A stretch of DNA of 64,000 nucleotides from Macrostomum lignano (taxonomy: Eukaryota): the NCBI GenBank assembly GCA_002269645.1, contig NIVC01000032.1, positions 1,054,001 through 1,118,000 on the forward strand, given 5' to 3'. Under the pieces are notes generated by a model. It saw only the letters and a program-made list of their open reading frames with translations, made no database searches and was not told the DNA's origin. Below are positions 48,720 through 59,243 of this stretch, one piece after another. A program made the translations under genes and the position numbers. How positions within the stretch are numbered: the first letter of the stretch is position 1; the number at the start of each line of letters is the position of its first letter.

Positions 48720-49658
48720 TTAGGCAGCAAAGATAGACAGCCTGTCAGCCCTCTGAACGTCCGTACTCCAGTTACCGGTCGAGCTATTCGTAAACAAAAT
48801 CCTTGGCGTGGCAGTGAAGTTTCCCTTTGAATATGGGCAAACATCATCGGTATCCATTATCATTAGCAGTCCATTGTCAGAAGGGCAACCGCCGTAGTCG
48901 TAGTTGATGAAAAACCTGCGCTCGTGACTCCATCCTATGGCGGTAGACACGTGACCAGCTACGGAGAAATAGTTGACAGTTCTGTCAGCGAGGCCACCTA
49001 CAGGCCAGCTCGATTTGAGACCATCGAGAGCGAACCAACTCTGCGCCGTGAGTCCCGGCTTGAATACGTCAAACGTCAATCGAATAACGGGAACGTTTGA
49101 TTTGTACACGATTACGCGCAACTCTCGCATGGTTAGAAAGTTTTTCAGTTCGTTCAAATTGTCCAGAAGATCTGAGCGGAACACATCCGGCTGTCCAGCA
49201 GTTGAGCTCTCGCTCTCAACCGTTAGGACATGCGCATTGCCAGATGCGGTGACGAAAGAGTTGTAGGCCTTGTGGCCAACTTCAGCTTTGATGGTGAAGA
49301 TCAGATGCGACACTACCGGGGCAGCTGGTGCCCGACACGGAAGCCAGGACTCTAGAAGTCCATCGGACGACGATGGCAGGCACTTTAGCGAGCACTCGCT
49401 GCTCAGTAGGTGGCACTCGCCTGAGCTGCCGTTCAGAAGAACTTGACTGGCGCGCCAAGTCATTTTCGATTCGAACTCTTTTTGCAGTTTTGTTATCCAA
49501 CAAATGTGTCTCGGTATGGCGGTCTTGCAAGCTAAGCTCTTCAAGCAATCAGCGCAACCGTTAAGCTTCTGAACTTCAAAGCATGACTCTGATCGGGCCT
49601 GAGACCAAACAGAATTTAAAAAAACAAATAACAGAAGTAGATTTGCTGCAGATAACAT
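48720..49658 (-). CDS. Secreted uncharacterised protein, 312 aa, single exon
   Basis: Signal-peptide-like MLSAANLLLLFVFLNSVWSQA; Cys-rich N-terminal part; C-terminal domain with SWF...SSW, FSV.G, RRFFI..YGGCPSDNG motifs. Confidence 0.78.
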   Translation of the reverse strand: MLSAANLLLLFVFLNSVWSQARSESCFEVQKLNGCADCLKSLACKTAIPRHICWITKLQKEFESKMTWRASQVLLNGSSGECHLLSSECSLKCLPSSSDGLLESWLPCRAPAAPVVSHLIFTIKAEVGHKAYNSFVTASGNAHVLTVESESSTAGQPDVFRSDLLDNLNELKNFLTMRELRVIVYKSNVPVIRLTFDVFKPGLTAQSWFALDGLKSSWPVGGLADRTVNYFSVAGHVSTAIGWSHERRFFINYDYGGCPSDNGLLMIMDTDDVCPYSKGNFTATPRILFTNSSTGNWSTDVQRADRLSIFAA

Positions 49659-49794
49659 TTTCTTCAGTTCAAGATCTATTCAAAAGTTTTTCTGTTGTTT
49701 TGAAATATGCGACTCTGTCGATGTATGGAGCAGAGCCTGTATGTTGGCTCCGAATGCGTTTTATAAGCCCTATCTACAGCGAAACTTTCAAACT

Positions 49795-50300
49795 GTAATT
49801 GTAATGCTTTTCATTGGGTGCGCCAAGCCCCCGCCAGTAGTGGGCAGGTTCGCAGAGGAGGCATCGGCGACCCTCATCCTGCGGTATCTCAGACGAAGGT
49901 CACGGATTATTGTCCAGGCTTGGTCAGCTCGTCCATCCGCTGGGGGTGGCCGAGGTATTTGTGCCGCGCCTTTTTAAAGTGAGGGCAGAAGGTGACATGA
50001 TGCTCCGCGGTCTCCTCTCCCATGCCACAAAAAGGACAGGTAGGAGGGCAACCGGTTGGCAACGGGATATGTCTCTGAAAGAATCTATGGCCGGTTAGGA
50101 CCATGCACATCTCCCTGAGGTCGGTTCTTTTAAGTGAGATCAGATATTCAGAGACTTTTCTGTTCAGGTGAGGTTCTGCCTGTAGTCGGTACAACTGTTC
50201 CAGTGGAGCTGGTGTTGCTGGTGGAGCCACCTGTTGATATGACGGGTGATTTGCGACCTAGGAATGGGTAGCCTCACCAGACGGTGGTTACTGTCTGGGT
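49795..50300 (-). mobile_element. 5'-truncated 3' end of another LOA/R1-like LINE
   Basis: VLTGH...[19 protein letters not shown] zinc-finger C-terminus; ATTACAATTACA tail. Upstream boundary approximate. Confidence 0.7.
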
Positions 50301-50519
50301 TTCTGCCCTCCATGGCAAGTGAATTCACGAGTTTATTACCCAGAATATTGCTGTGACCGGGTGTACAGATAATTCTAATCCTGTTGAGGACTGAGAGAGA
50401 TTGCGCACTGTAGTAGCATTGAGATACTGTTGCAGCGGAGATTTTTTCGGCGGTTAGGGCCTTGATTGCGGCGAATTGGCTATCAGCGTAAAAAATGAAT
50501 ATTTAAATTTCTGATGTTT

Positions 50520-51750
50520 GCCTGGAGCAGATGCTGGTGTGCATTAACCTACGACCGGGGTCCCAGCCCGCCGAGGGCGGCCGACTCCAGGAAGGTGCTC
50601 GTCTCGATCGGGTTGGTCCATAAGTCACTCGGACAAAGCTGCGTCGGATAGGCAGGGCAATTGAAGAGATGAACCACCGTTTGGGGCTTAAGGCCACAAT
50701 CTGGGCAAACCGCGGCGACGCCTGGGTTGTTCCTCGACTGAAAGTCGCGGAGAAGCGGGCAGAAACCGGAGCGGAGCTGCGTCAGTGTGCACCGCATGCG
50801 GCGGGGGAGGCGCACTTCGGAGCGGTGGATCGCGGGCCGTTGCACTTGAATGACGCGGTTCTGTGGCAGGCTGTTCAGCATGGCCTGTACTGCCTGCGTG
50901 TGCTGGGGCCGCCTGGCGCGATCCCAGGCAGCAGCGTCGAGGATGTCCGGGGCCGGAACCGCGCGGCGTCCAGTCGGCGTTGAAATGTTCAGCTGTGAAG
51001 ATGGAGGCTTTCATGAATCTGCGCGGCGGTGGAAGGCCGAGCGAGGAGAGGTGGTGACACGGATGTTCAGGGCGTCTGGCGCGGAGCTTGAACTGGAGCG
51101 AAAGACCGGCGCAGCATAGTCGAGCAGACTTCTGCCTAGCGCTTTGAAGGTGGTCAGCAAGAGTTCCTTGCAGCAGCCCCAGGAAGAGCCGGCGAGACAG
51201 CGTAGCAGGCAGTTTCTTTTCCGGGTTTTCTCCGCGAGGATGGAGACGTGTCTCGCGAAGGAGAGTTTTGGGTCGAAGGTCACGCCCAGAATTTTCGGAT
51301 TGAGGACCTGTGGTAGCAGGGAGCCGTTGATGGAAACGTTCAGCTGGCGAGAGTACTCGCGCTGGTCTGGACTGAACAGAGCGGCTGTACACTTTGATGC
51401 GGAAATTTGGAGCTTTCGCGACTCAAGGAACGGAGCGAGGTCAGCGAGATAGCAATTCAGTTGTTGTTCAATGGAATTACAGCTTGGGGACATGGCGGCA
51501 ACGGTAAGATCGTCAGCGTAGCCAATTAGTTTAGTGGCCAGATTGGAGGGCACAGGAGCCTTAGCCAAATAGAAGGCAAAAAGAAGCGGGCTGATGGCGC
51601 TGCCCTGTTGTACTCCCATGCGAATCTGCCGCCACTTAGACTTAAAGTCTCGCATGACGGTCCGGGCTTGACGTCCAAGAATAAAGTTGGCGAGCCAGAC
51701 CTTAAAAGAATTTAGAAGATCAGATTCGCTGAGATCAGAGAGTAATTCGT
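50520..51750 (-). mobile_element. Vingi-like LINE, 3' part (RT domains 3-7, C-terminal zinc finger; no RNase H seen)
   Basis: GVQQGSAISPLLF, YADDL, PKILGVTFD; LTQLRSGFC...CPDC...HLFNCP. Confidence 0.8.
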
Positions 51751-52021
51751 GCACGCGAAGGTGTATTCAGCACGCCAGTGAAGTATGAGACAGACCAGGC
51801 CTAAGGGCTACGGTCTGCGATGCTTCACGCAGGTCAAGGCTGGAGAGGGAGGTCTGCACCCGCTATTTGCCGCTGGCAGCCACAGACCCCCCCCTCACGC
51901 TGTTTCACAAGTCGACCCAGGGTACTCGTCCCCGCGTGTGTTCAAGGCAGACCCTAGGGCTGCTGGACAGACTGGGCTCCGACGCTGGCGACCCATCCAG
52001 TGGCTTCGGCCGAATTTGGGT
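51751..52021 (+). ncRNA. Candidate HDV-like self-cleaving ribozyme at the 5' end of LOA copy B
   Basis: P1 GCACGCG (51751-57)/CGCGTGT (51933-39) with G1.U wobble; P2 ACCCA/TGGGT; P3 GGG/CCC; L3 TACTCGT; P1.1 AC/GT; P4 hairpin; J4/2 CGAAT with C at 52011. Confidence 0.75.
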
Positions 52022-52325
52022 ATGCGGGTCTGGCTTGCCAGCCTGCAGGCCGTGGTACTGCTTAACGTACCCCCTAATGCCTAAGGTGTTTGACCGTGCC
52101 GATGGGCTGGAAGGCCGGGGGTTGTCCGGTCGCTAGCGGTCCTTTTCTTTTTCTTCTTTCCTCTTTCTTTTGTGACTCAGCTCACTCCTTCCCGCTTTCA
52201 GCTATGGCGTCATCCGCCTCTTTAACCCCCGCTGAAGCCGGGGCCCCGGCAACTCCGGCCGGTGACTCTGGCACCAGCGCCGCCCCACCGGGGCAGATGG
52301 GCTTGCCGCCGGCTCGGCTGGTGAC

Positions 52326-53668
52326 ATGCCCGCACGCGCAACCGGGCCCTCCGCTGAAGCCCGACGCACCCGCAACCAACGCCGCAACGAGCGGCGACGG
52401 CGACTACGGGGTACTGCGGGCCGGCCACCGGCGGAGGGGGAACCTAGGGAGGGCGAGGCTGCTGTTGGGCCGAAAGGAACCACAGCAACCCCTGCCCCCC
52501 AGGATACAACCCCCGCTGGTGAGCCACCCAGTATACCTGCTACAAGCGCGGCCGGGCCTTCGGGAACCGCCGCCACCAACTACGCCTCAAAGGTCAAGCT
52601 CCAACCGGCGGTCATCGTCTTCGGGGAAGAGCAGGACCTCACGGCCGACGAGCTCGACAGTGCCTGGCGCACCATCGATGCTGCGCTCATCGACCAGCTC
52701 CTGGCGGGCCGCCCTGTGAGCGTGGTCAAGTCTGCCAAGACCGACGGCTGCATCTTCATCTGGTGCAGCTCGGAGGAGAGCAGCCGCAATCTACGCGAGC
52801 TTCTGCCAAAGCTGAACTGGCCCAAGAAGCTCGGCAAGCTCGTCTTCGCCAGCGAGGGCGAACGACAGAAGACCCAGCGCTTTCGCGTCTGGATCCCGGC
52901 CGGCAGTGCCATTAAGTCCGGAGATCAGCTTAGGCAAATATTGCTAAAGCTGCACCCCGACCTTAAGGTCAACGGGCTCCTACACCACGCCACTTCCCGC
53001 AAGGAGAAGGGGGCTACGGTGATCCTAGGGCTCTCTGATGACTGGGCTAAGCGCTTGCCGCCTAAGTCCACAATTCATATTGGTCTGACTCAGCTGACCA
53101 TCCTCCGTTGCGAGGAGCGGAAAGCTGATGAAGCCAAGAATGCCAAAGCTTCCGAAACCGGAACTGGGGCCCAGGCTCCTCCGGCAAGAAGCCGAGGCAA
53201 ACGGCCGATCCTATGCCCGGTAAGGCAGTTCGCGCTGCTGAAACCGGAAATCGCAATCGCAGACCCGCCAGGAGCACCCGGAGGTCCGGCCTGATCCAGC
53301 GCGCGCTGGACCAGGCCAAGAACCTTCGTGCGCATCGTGAGCGGGCCCGCGCTTCTCGCGCTCCACCCCAACAGCCAGAAGGCCAGACTCTAAGCGGGGA
53401 GGCTCCGACCGACTGGTTCGAGTCTGTGACTCACCAGGAGGCTGGCGCCACCCGCATCGACCTGACCGACGAGGCAGAGGGGACGGGCAGTGACAGCACC
53501 GAAGCACGCAGGAGAGGCGACGGTAACGTCCACGCTGGGCTCACGTCCGCGGAGGACTCCACAGCCACCCTAACTGCTGAGGACGCTGAAACTCCCATGG
53601 AGGTCTGCGGGTCACCCACCACTGAAAAGGAGGAGGATGACCTGCTCAACGATTCCCCAACTGCGTGA
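52326..53668 (+). CDS. LOA copy B ORF1 (one frameshift near 53200-53290)
   Basis: ATG at 52326; basic N-terminus and NYASKVK motif; homologous to copy A ORF1 (38112-36758); frames 52326-53294 and 53213-53668 overlap. Confidence 0.75.
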
Positions 53669-53670
53669 TA

Positions 53671-56600
53671 ATGATCAGCAACCAGGGAATCCATTGCCTG
53701 CAGATTAATCTGCAGCACTGCGTCGCAGCCTCGGTCAACCTTATGCGTTACGCCGAGCTCGACAAGCCGGGGCTCATCCTCGTCCAGGAACCCTGGACTC
53801 TCAGAGGTAAGCCTCAAAACGCCCCTGCTGGCTACAATTGTTTTTATACTTACCCTCGCGAGGCCAACCAGCCTCCTAGAGCTTGCATCTTTGCGAGCAA
53901 AACGCTCAGTGCGTGGCTCAGATCGGACCTGTCCAACAGGGACATCTGCGTCATCCAATCCGAGGACCTTCTTCCTGGGAAGACCACCCTCATTGCCTCG
54001 GTTTACCTACCAGGCGATGCTGCGGTCGTCCCCAGAGCCCTCGCTACGCTGGTAGAGCTCTGCTCTGCCAAAAACTACGAGCTCATGGTTGCCGGCGACA
54101 TCAACGCCCACCACACTCACTGGGGCAGCACTGGCATTAATCAGAGAGGCGAAGACCTCCTAGCCTACGTTGCCTCTACGACCCTCGAGTTCTGCAACTC
54201 TGGGTCCACCCCTACCTTTGACAACGGACGGTGGTCGGAGGTGATCGACGCTACGCTCGCAACGCCCAGACTCTACCAGAGTATTGGGGCGTGGCGGGTG
54301 CTTCCAGTGTCCTCACTATCGGATCACAAGTTCATCTCCTTCAACCTAATGGCCGCGCGTAGCGCAACTCGTGTTATGTGGAGACGGAACGCCAGAAATA
54401 CGGATTGGGAAACCTTCGGGCTCGCCCTGAAGGAATTCCATCGGTCTCCTGGCCAACCATCCACGATCACGTCGTGCCGAGAGGCGGATGAGTGCGCGAC
54501 TGTTTTGACAGAGACGCTAACCGCCGCCTTTGAGGCGTCCTGCCCTTTAAAAGCCTATAAAGGGAAAAAATCGGCGCCGTGGTGGAATCCCGAGCTCGGC
54601 AACCTCCGTCGCAGGGCTAAGAGACTCCACCGCAGAGCAACTAAAACTAAGAGCCCTGCAGACCAAACCGCCTATCATGAAGCAATTCATGAGTTTAAAA
54701 GACAGGTTAGGAATGCAAAGGCTCAAAAATGGCGACAATACTGTGAGGAGCTAGAGGGCTCACGCCCCACCTCCAGAGTTGTGAAAGCGCTCACGCTGGA
54801 CAAAATGTCTAAGCTCTCCTCGGTCAAACGCACCGACGGTACGTCCACGGACAACCCAGGGGAAACGCTTGATGTAATGCTCACTGCGTTTTTCCCTAAC
54901 GAGCCAGCTAACCAGACCACTCCGGATCACTCGGAGGGAGGTCACGCGCTGGCTGCATCTATCATCACGGAGGACCGCATTGTGAGAGCGGCAAATTCCT
55001 TCAAGCCTTTCAAAGCCCCAGGACCCGACGGCATTGTACCGGCCCTTCTAAGAGAGGCGGTTAAATGCCCAGGCTTCCTGCGCAAACTTTGCAGCCTTCT
55101 TCGGGCATGCATCACGCTTGGTTATGTCCCGCAGGCATGGACCGAGGCAAAGGTGATCTTTATCCCTAAGCCAGGCCGCCCGGACTACCATTCTATCAAA
55201 TCCTTCAGACCGATCAGCTTGACCTCCTCCCTGGTCAAGCTGATGGAGAGACTGGTGCTTTGGCGCCTTCTCTCTGTTGAGCTGAAGAACAAACCTCTCA
55301 GCGAGAACCAGCACGCTTTTCGGGCGGGTCGCTCCACTGAAAGCGCGCTGCACGTCCTGGTCGATAAACTCGAGAAGGCCGTGCTTGGTAGTGGCTTTGC
55401 TCTGGGGATCTTCCTGGACATCATTGGCGCCTTCGATAACGTCCTCTTTGAGGCGTTCCGAAGAGCTCTTTGTGAGAGGCTAACGCACTCACATCTCACC
55501 AGATGGATCATGTACATGATCAGCCATCGCACGGCCACCGCCAGTCTGCTGGGCTACCAGAGGACGGTCCCCGTCTGCAAAGGTAGCCCGCAAGGTGGGG
55601 TGCTGTCTCCAGTTCTCTGGAATATGGTCATCGATGAGCTCCTCCGGGATGTTCGGCCTGACCCCATTCTGAAAGTTGGATATGCGGACGATGTCACCGC
55701 GGTGGCATCTGGTCCGTCCCCTGATACCCTCAGGGACCTTCTTCAGAACTTCATCTACGCTGCTGAGCAATGGGCGGACCGCTGTGGTTTAAGGCTCTCT
55801 GAGACTAAGACCGCAGCGATCATGTTCACCAGCAGGACCAAGTGGCAGATTCGGCCGCTCACGCTTTACGGAAGGGAAATCCCCTTCTGCAAGCAGACTA
55901 AATGTCTGGGTATTACCCTGGACCACAGGCTGAACTGGTCACCCCACGTTCAAACAAAAGCCAAAAAGGCCTTCGCAGTCCTCGCGCAATTGCGCAGGGC
56001 TGTCGGCACCACCTGGGGGCTCACCCCCAAGCGCCTCTGGTGGATCTACACTGCAATGGTTAGGCCCGCTATCTCGTATGGCGGCCTGATCTGGGCTAGC
56101 GCCCTGCAGATAAAGACCTGTCTAGAGGCTCTCAGGAGAGCGCAAGGGCGCGCTTGTCGCACGATCATGAGCGCCCCTCCGTCTGCTCCTTACGATGGCC
56201 TCAACGCCTTCCTCAACATTCCTCCGCTGGACATCTTTGTCCGCAGGGAAGCGGCTAAGACTGCCCGCCGTCTAGCTGACGCTGGCATTCGAATCCAGCC
56301 CCATAGGGCCATGGCTAAGCGCAAGCTTCTGCCCAACGCTGACCTCTGCCTCAAGGACTTGAGAGACAGCGGCGGGCTCCACGTCCTATCTGACGGCGAA
56401 CCCCGCACTCTCAACCTCTTTCAGCGCTACAAGGTCACCATCCCCTCTAGGGATGCTGCCAATGACCACTGGAATTTCCAGGAGGTCCATTGCTACACGG
56501 ACGGATCCATCAAAGACGGTCGCGCCGGCTTTGGGGTCTGCATCATCATCAACGGCCGCGTAATTGCCACGCATGCCCAGCACACTGGTAGACTCTCCAC

Positions 56601-57242
56601 AGTCTTCCAGAACGAAGTCCTTGCCATCAGCTCTTGCGCTGCAGAGCTGAACGCCAAGGTTACGAGAGGAAAGACTATTGTCATCCACTCCGACAGCCAA
56701 GCGGCCTTACAGGCCCTTTGCCACACCACAACGAACTCCCGGACAGTCGCCGACTGCGCCCGGCAGCTCAACCTCCTGGCCAGAAGCAATACTGTCAGGC
56801 TGAAGTGGATCCCAGGGCACGCAGGGTTTCCGGGGAACGAGCTGGCAGACACCCTCGCCAAGAGGGGCGGCTCTGGCTCTTTTTTCGGCCCTGCCCCCTG
56901 GTCCCTATGCCCTTGACAGTCATCAATCGTCAGATCGACGACTGGGCTGACTCCCTCCACAGGGACAGATGGGCGGGCACCCAAAACTGCCGGCAATCTC
57001 GTGCCGCGGTTCCTTGCCCGTCTCACAGGCTCAGAAACATCCTTCTGAACCAGAATCGGAAGGATATTCGAGCCCTTGTCATGACCCTTACCGGCCATGG
57101 CTACCTCGCCAGGCACTGCTTCCTCCGAGGCGACCTCGAGAGCGAAATTTGCCCCTTTTGCGAGTGCGACAATGAAGATGCTCAGCACTTTGTCTGTCAC
57201 TGCCCTTCTTTAACAGAGACCGGCTACGCTACCTCGGGCTGA
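53671..57242 (+). CDS. LOA copy B ORF2: APE endonuclease, reverse transcriptase, RNase H, C-terminal zinc finger (frameshift near 56910)
   Basis: QINLQH, LVQEPW, GDINAHH, SDH; FRPISL, LDIIGAFD, GSPQGGVLSP, YADD; YTDGS, QNEV, DSQAAL, WIPGH..GNELAD; CPFC..D.QHFVC. Confidence 0.93.
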
Positions 57243-57484
57243 ACCCGTCCATTGACGAGGTTTGCCAGCCCGACAGCATCCCACGGCTCATCCAGTTCCT
57301 TCGGGCGACTAGACGAGCCAGTTTCTTCCCAACGGAAGATCACGCTGCAGGACGGACCGGCGGACCACCCTGACCGGCCCCACGCCTCTGCCTGTCTGCG
57401 GGCCTTCAGGGGCTAGCGGAATGGGCGACCCTCGCCTCCCCGCTGTGTCTACGGACCACCCTGCAGCTAAGTCAAAGTAAGTCA

Positions 57485-58750
57485 AGAGAGTAATTCGTAG
57501 TGGTCAACGCAGTCAAACGCCATCCGAAGGTCGATCGCGCCAACGCCGGTCCTGGCCGGGGGATTTGACAGACAAAATCCCGAGCAAATCTGCTCGACCA
57601 GTTGACAGAGGGCGGTCACGGTGAAGTGGTGCGGGCGGAAGCCGTGTTGCCAGGCCGATAGCTGAAGATGGTCAGTCAGAAGTGGTAGCAGGATCTTCTC
57701 CAAAATTTTGGCGAGCGGCGAGAGGAAGGAGATCGGGCGGTACGACGCACCATCGTCCTGCTGTTTACCATCTTTCAGAAGGGGACAGATTAAGGACTTC
57801 TTCCAGACCGCCGGGATCTCATTGTAGGCGATCGAGAGATTGAAGAGGTTACGGAGCACAGCTTTCGCTTTCGGACCGAAGTGCCTAATGACGAGAGGGC
57901 GGATTCCATCCGGGCCGATGGCTTTGGAGGGTTTGGACCGCTTGATGGCACGCTCGATGTCGTCGGTCGAGAAGACAGGAGCGTCTCCAACGGCGCGAGG
58001 AAGAGCCTTAAGATGTCGACGGACAACGCGCATCTGCGGGTTGGAGCAGTGAAGGCGCGGCCTAGTAAACTGACAGTTGAGCCGGTCCGCAGTTTCGACA
58101 CCAGAAAGGGCCGGTTTTCCGTTGAACTTTAATATGACATTCTTATACGCGTTTGGGCGACCGGCCAGCTTTTTAAGAGTGGACCAGATTCTGGGGGTCG
58201 GAGCCAGCTGGTTGCCGTTCTCCAGGAGGAATTCGTTCCAGCGGTCCCGTCTCTCCGCTTCCAGGCTCGAGTTCATTTGTGCATGTAGGTCCACAATTCT
58301 GGGATCACGCGCGGATAGAAGTTGCCGAATTTCCGTAGAGCAAGAATCAGGGCTCTGCTGTTTGAAGCGACCCTCCGGGATCGCAGTCTTCATGGCCGAC
58401 AAGATCAGCTTACGGAAGGCGGCTTCTTGAGTGTGAGCAGAACCAAGGCCGGTGAAGTTGTCAAGAGAGCTCTCAAGGGTATTGGTGAAGAGCTGCCCTC
58501 CTAAAGTTGATCTAAAGCATCTCCTAAAGCATCTACGAGCCGCGGTAGTCGCCATACTGGACACACCCAGCGAGATGAGGATAGGCAGATGATCACTAGA
58601 GAGCGTGTGAGTGCTGGTCGCACTGCTCAATGGCGCAAATTTCGGCTTGGAAAACATCGATGTTCTCGCCAAGGAGCAGAATTTCCTGAAAGAGAATCTT
58701 ACCCTCGTAGAAAATGGCAACATCCGCTCCAGCGCGGCCGTGATACGGCG
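57485..58750 (-). mobile_element. Vingi-like LINE, 5' part (end of APE, linker, RT N-terminus)
   Basis: SSDHLPI, GPDGI, YRPISFLS, QHGFRP, IDLRMAFDCVDHYELLS, which rejoins (H)ELLSDLSES at 51750 once the LOA insertion is removed. Confidence 0.85.
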
Positions 58751-58984
58751 TCATTGGCATGTCTAGTTAAAGCCGGAAGGTTTGTCATTTATCGTTTTAT
58801 CTTTGACAAGTCCAGAGGCGAATTTCTAAGGTACTGTAATTTTGAATATTTTTTCATTCGATAATTTATTGCCCATGGAAAAAATTAAACATCAAACTCG
58901 ATGAGGGGCGCCCTTTGCACCCCTTCCCACCCCCTAAATCCGAATACTGATTGGTGCACGGTCGAAATTGTGTTGGACATCTCC

Positions 58985-59145
58985 TTTTCAAGCACTGCTA
59001 CACAAAGATGCAGCAATTTACCGACGTGCTTCAGTGTTTTGCCTCGAGCAAGTCCTCGAATGCCAGGAGCGTGCTGTATAATTCATCAGTTCTTCGACGC
59101 CCAAGTCAGGCAGGAAATCGAGAAAAGCAACGACTGGGTAAAGTT
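58985..59145 (+). pseudogene. Truncated paralogue of the 3' end of the C-type lectin gene
   Basis: Aligns with ~43680-43855 (CYT.MQQ.TDVL.CFASSK.SNA.SVLYN...FDAQV.QEIE.S.DW.K); internal deletion; interrupted by a LINE. Confidence 0.75.
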
Positions 59146-59243
59146 GGTGGTGGGTCAAACCGCCGAGCGCGCCCAGCGCGCTTCCCAATGCTGCCGCCTT
59201 CTCGTGGCGGGACCGTCTGGGGACTCCCTGGCAAAGTGCAGCA
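59146..59243 (+). ncRNA. Candidate HDV-like ribozyme at the 5' end of the Ingi-like element (P1 poorly supported)
   Basis: P2 TGCTGC/GCAGCA, P3 GCC/GGC, L3 TTCTCGT, P4 CTGGGG-ACT-CCCTGG, J4/2 CAAAGT (C at 59232); P1 3' strand GGGACC only partly matched by upstream GGTC. Confidence 0.5.

Larger units (their letters stand above)
51751..57484 (+). mobile_element. Full-length LOA/R1-group non-LTR retrotransposon, copy B (near intact)
   Basis: Perfect 14-bp TSD AGAGAGTAATTCGT at 51737-51750 and 57485-57498; TAAGTCAAAGTAAGTCA tail; 5' end matches copy A. Confidence 0.95.

Noticed and set aside
50560-50590. CCGGGGTCCCAGCCCG resembling a twister ribozyme loop
   Set aside because: Antisense to the end of a LINE ORF; lacks the other twister helices and pseudoknots.
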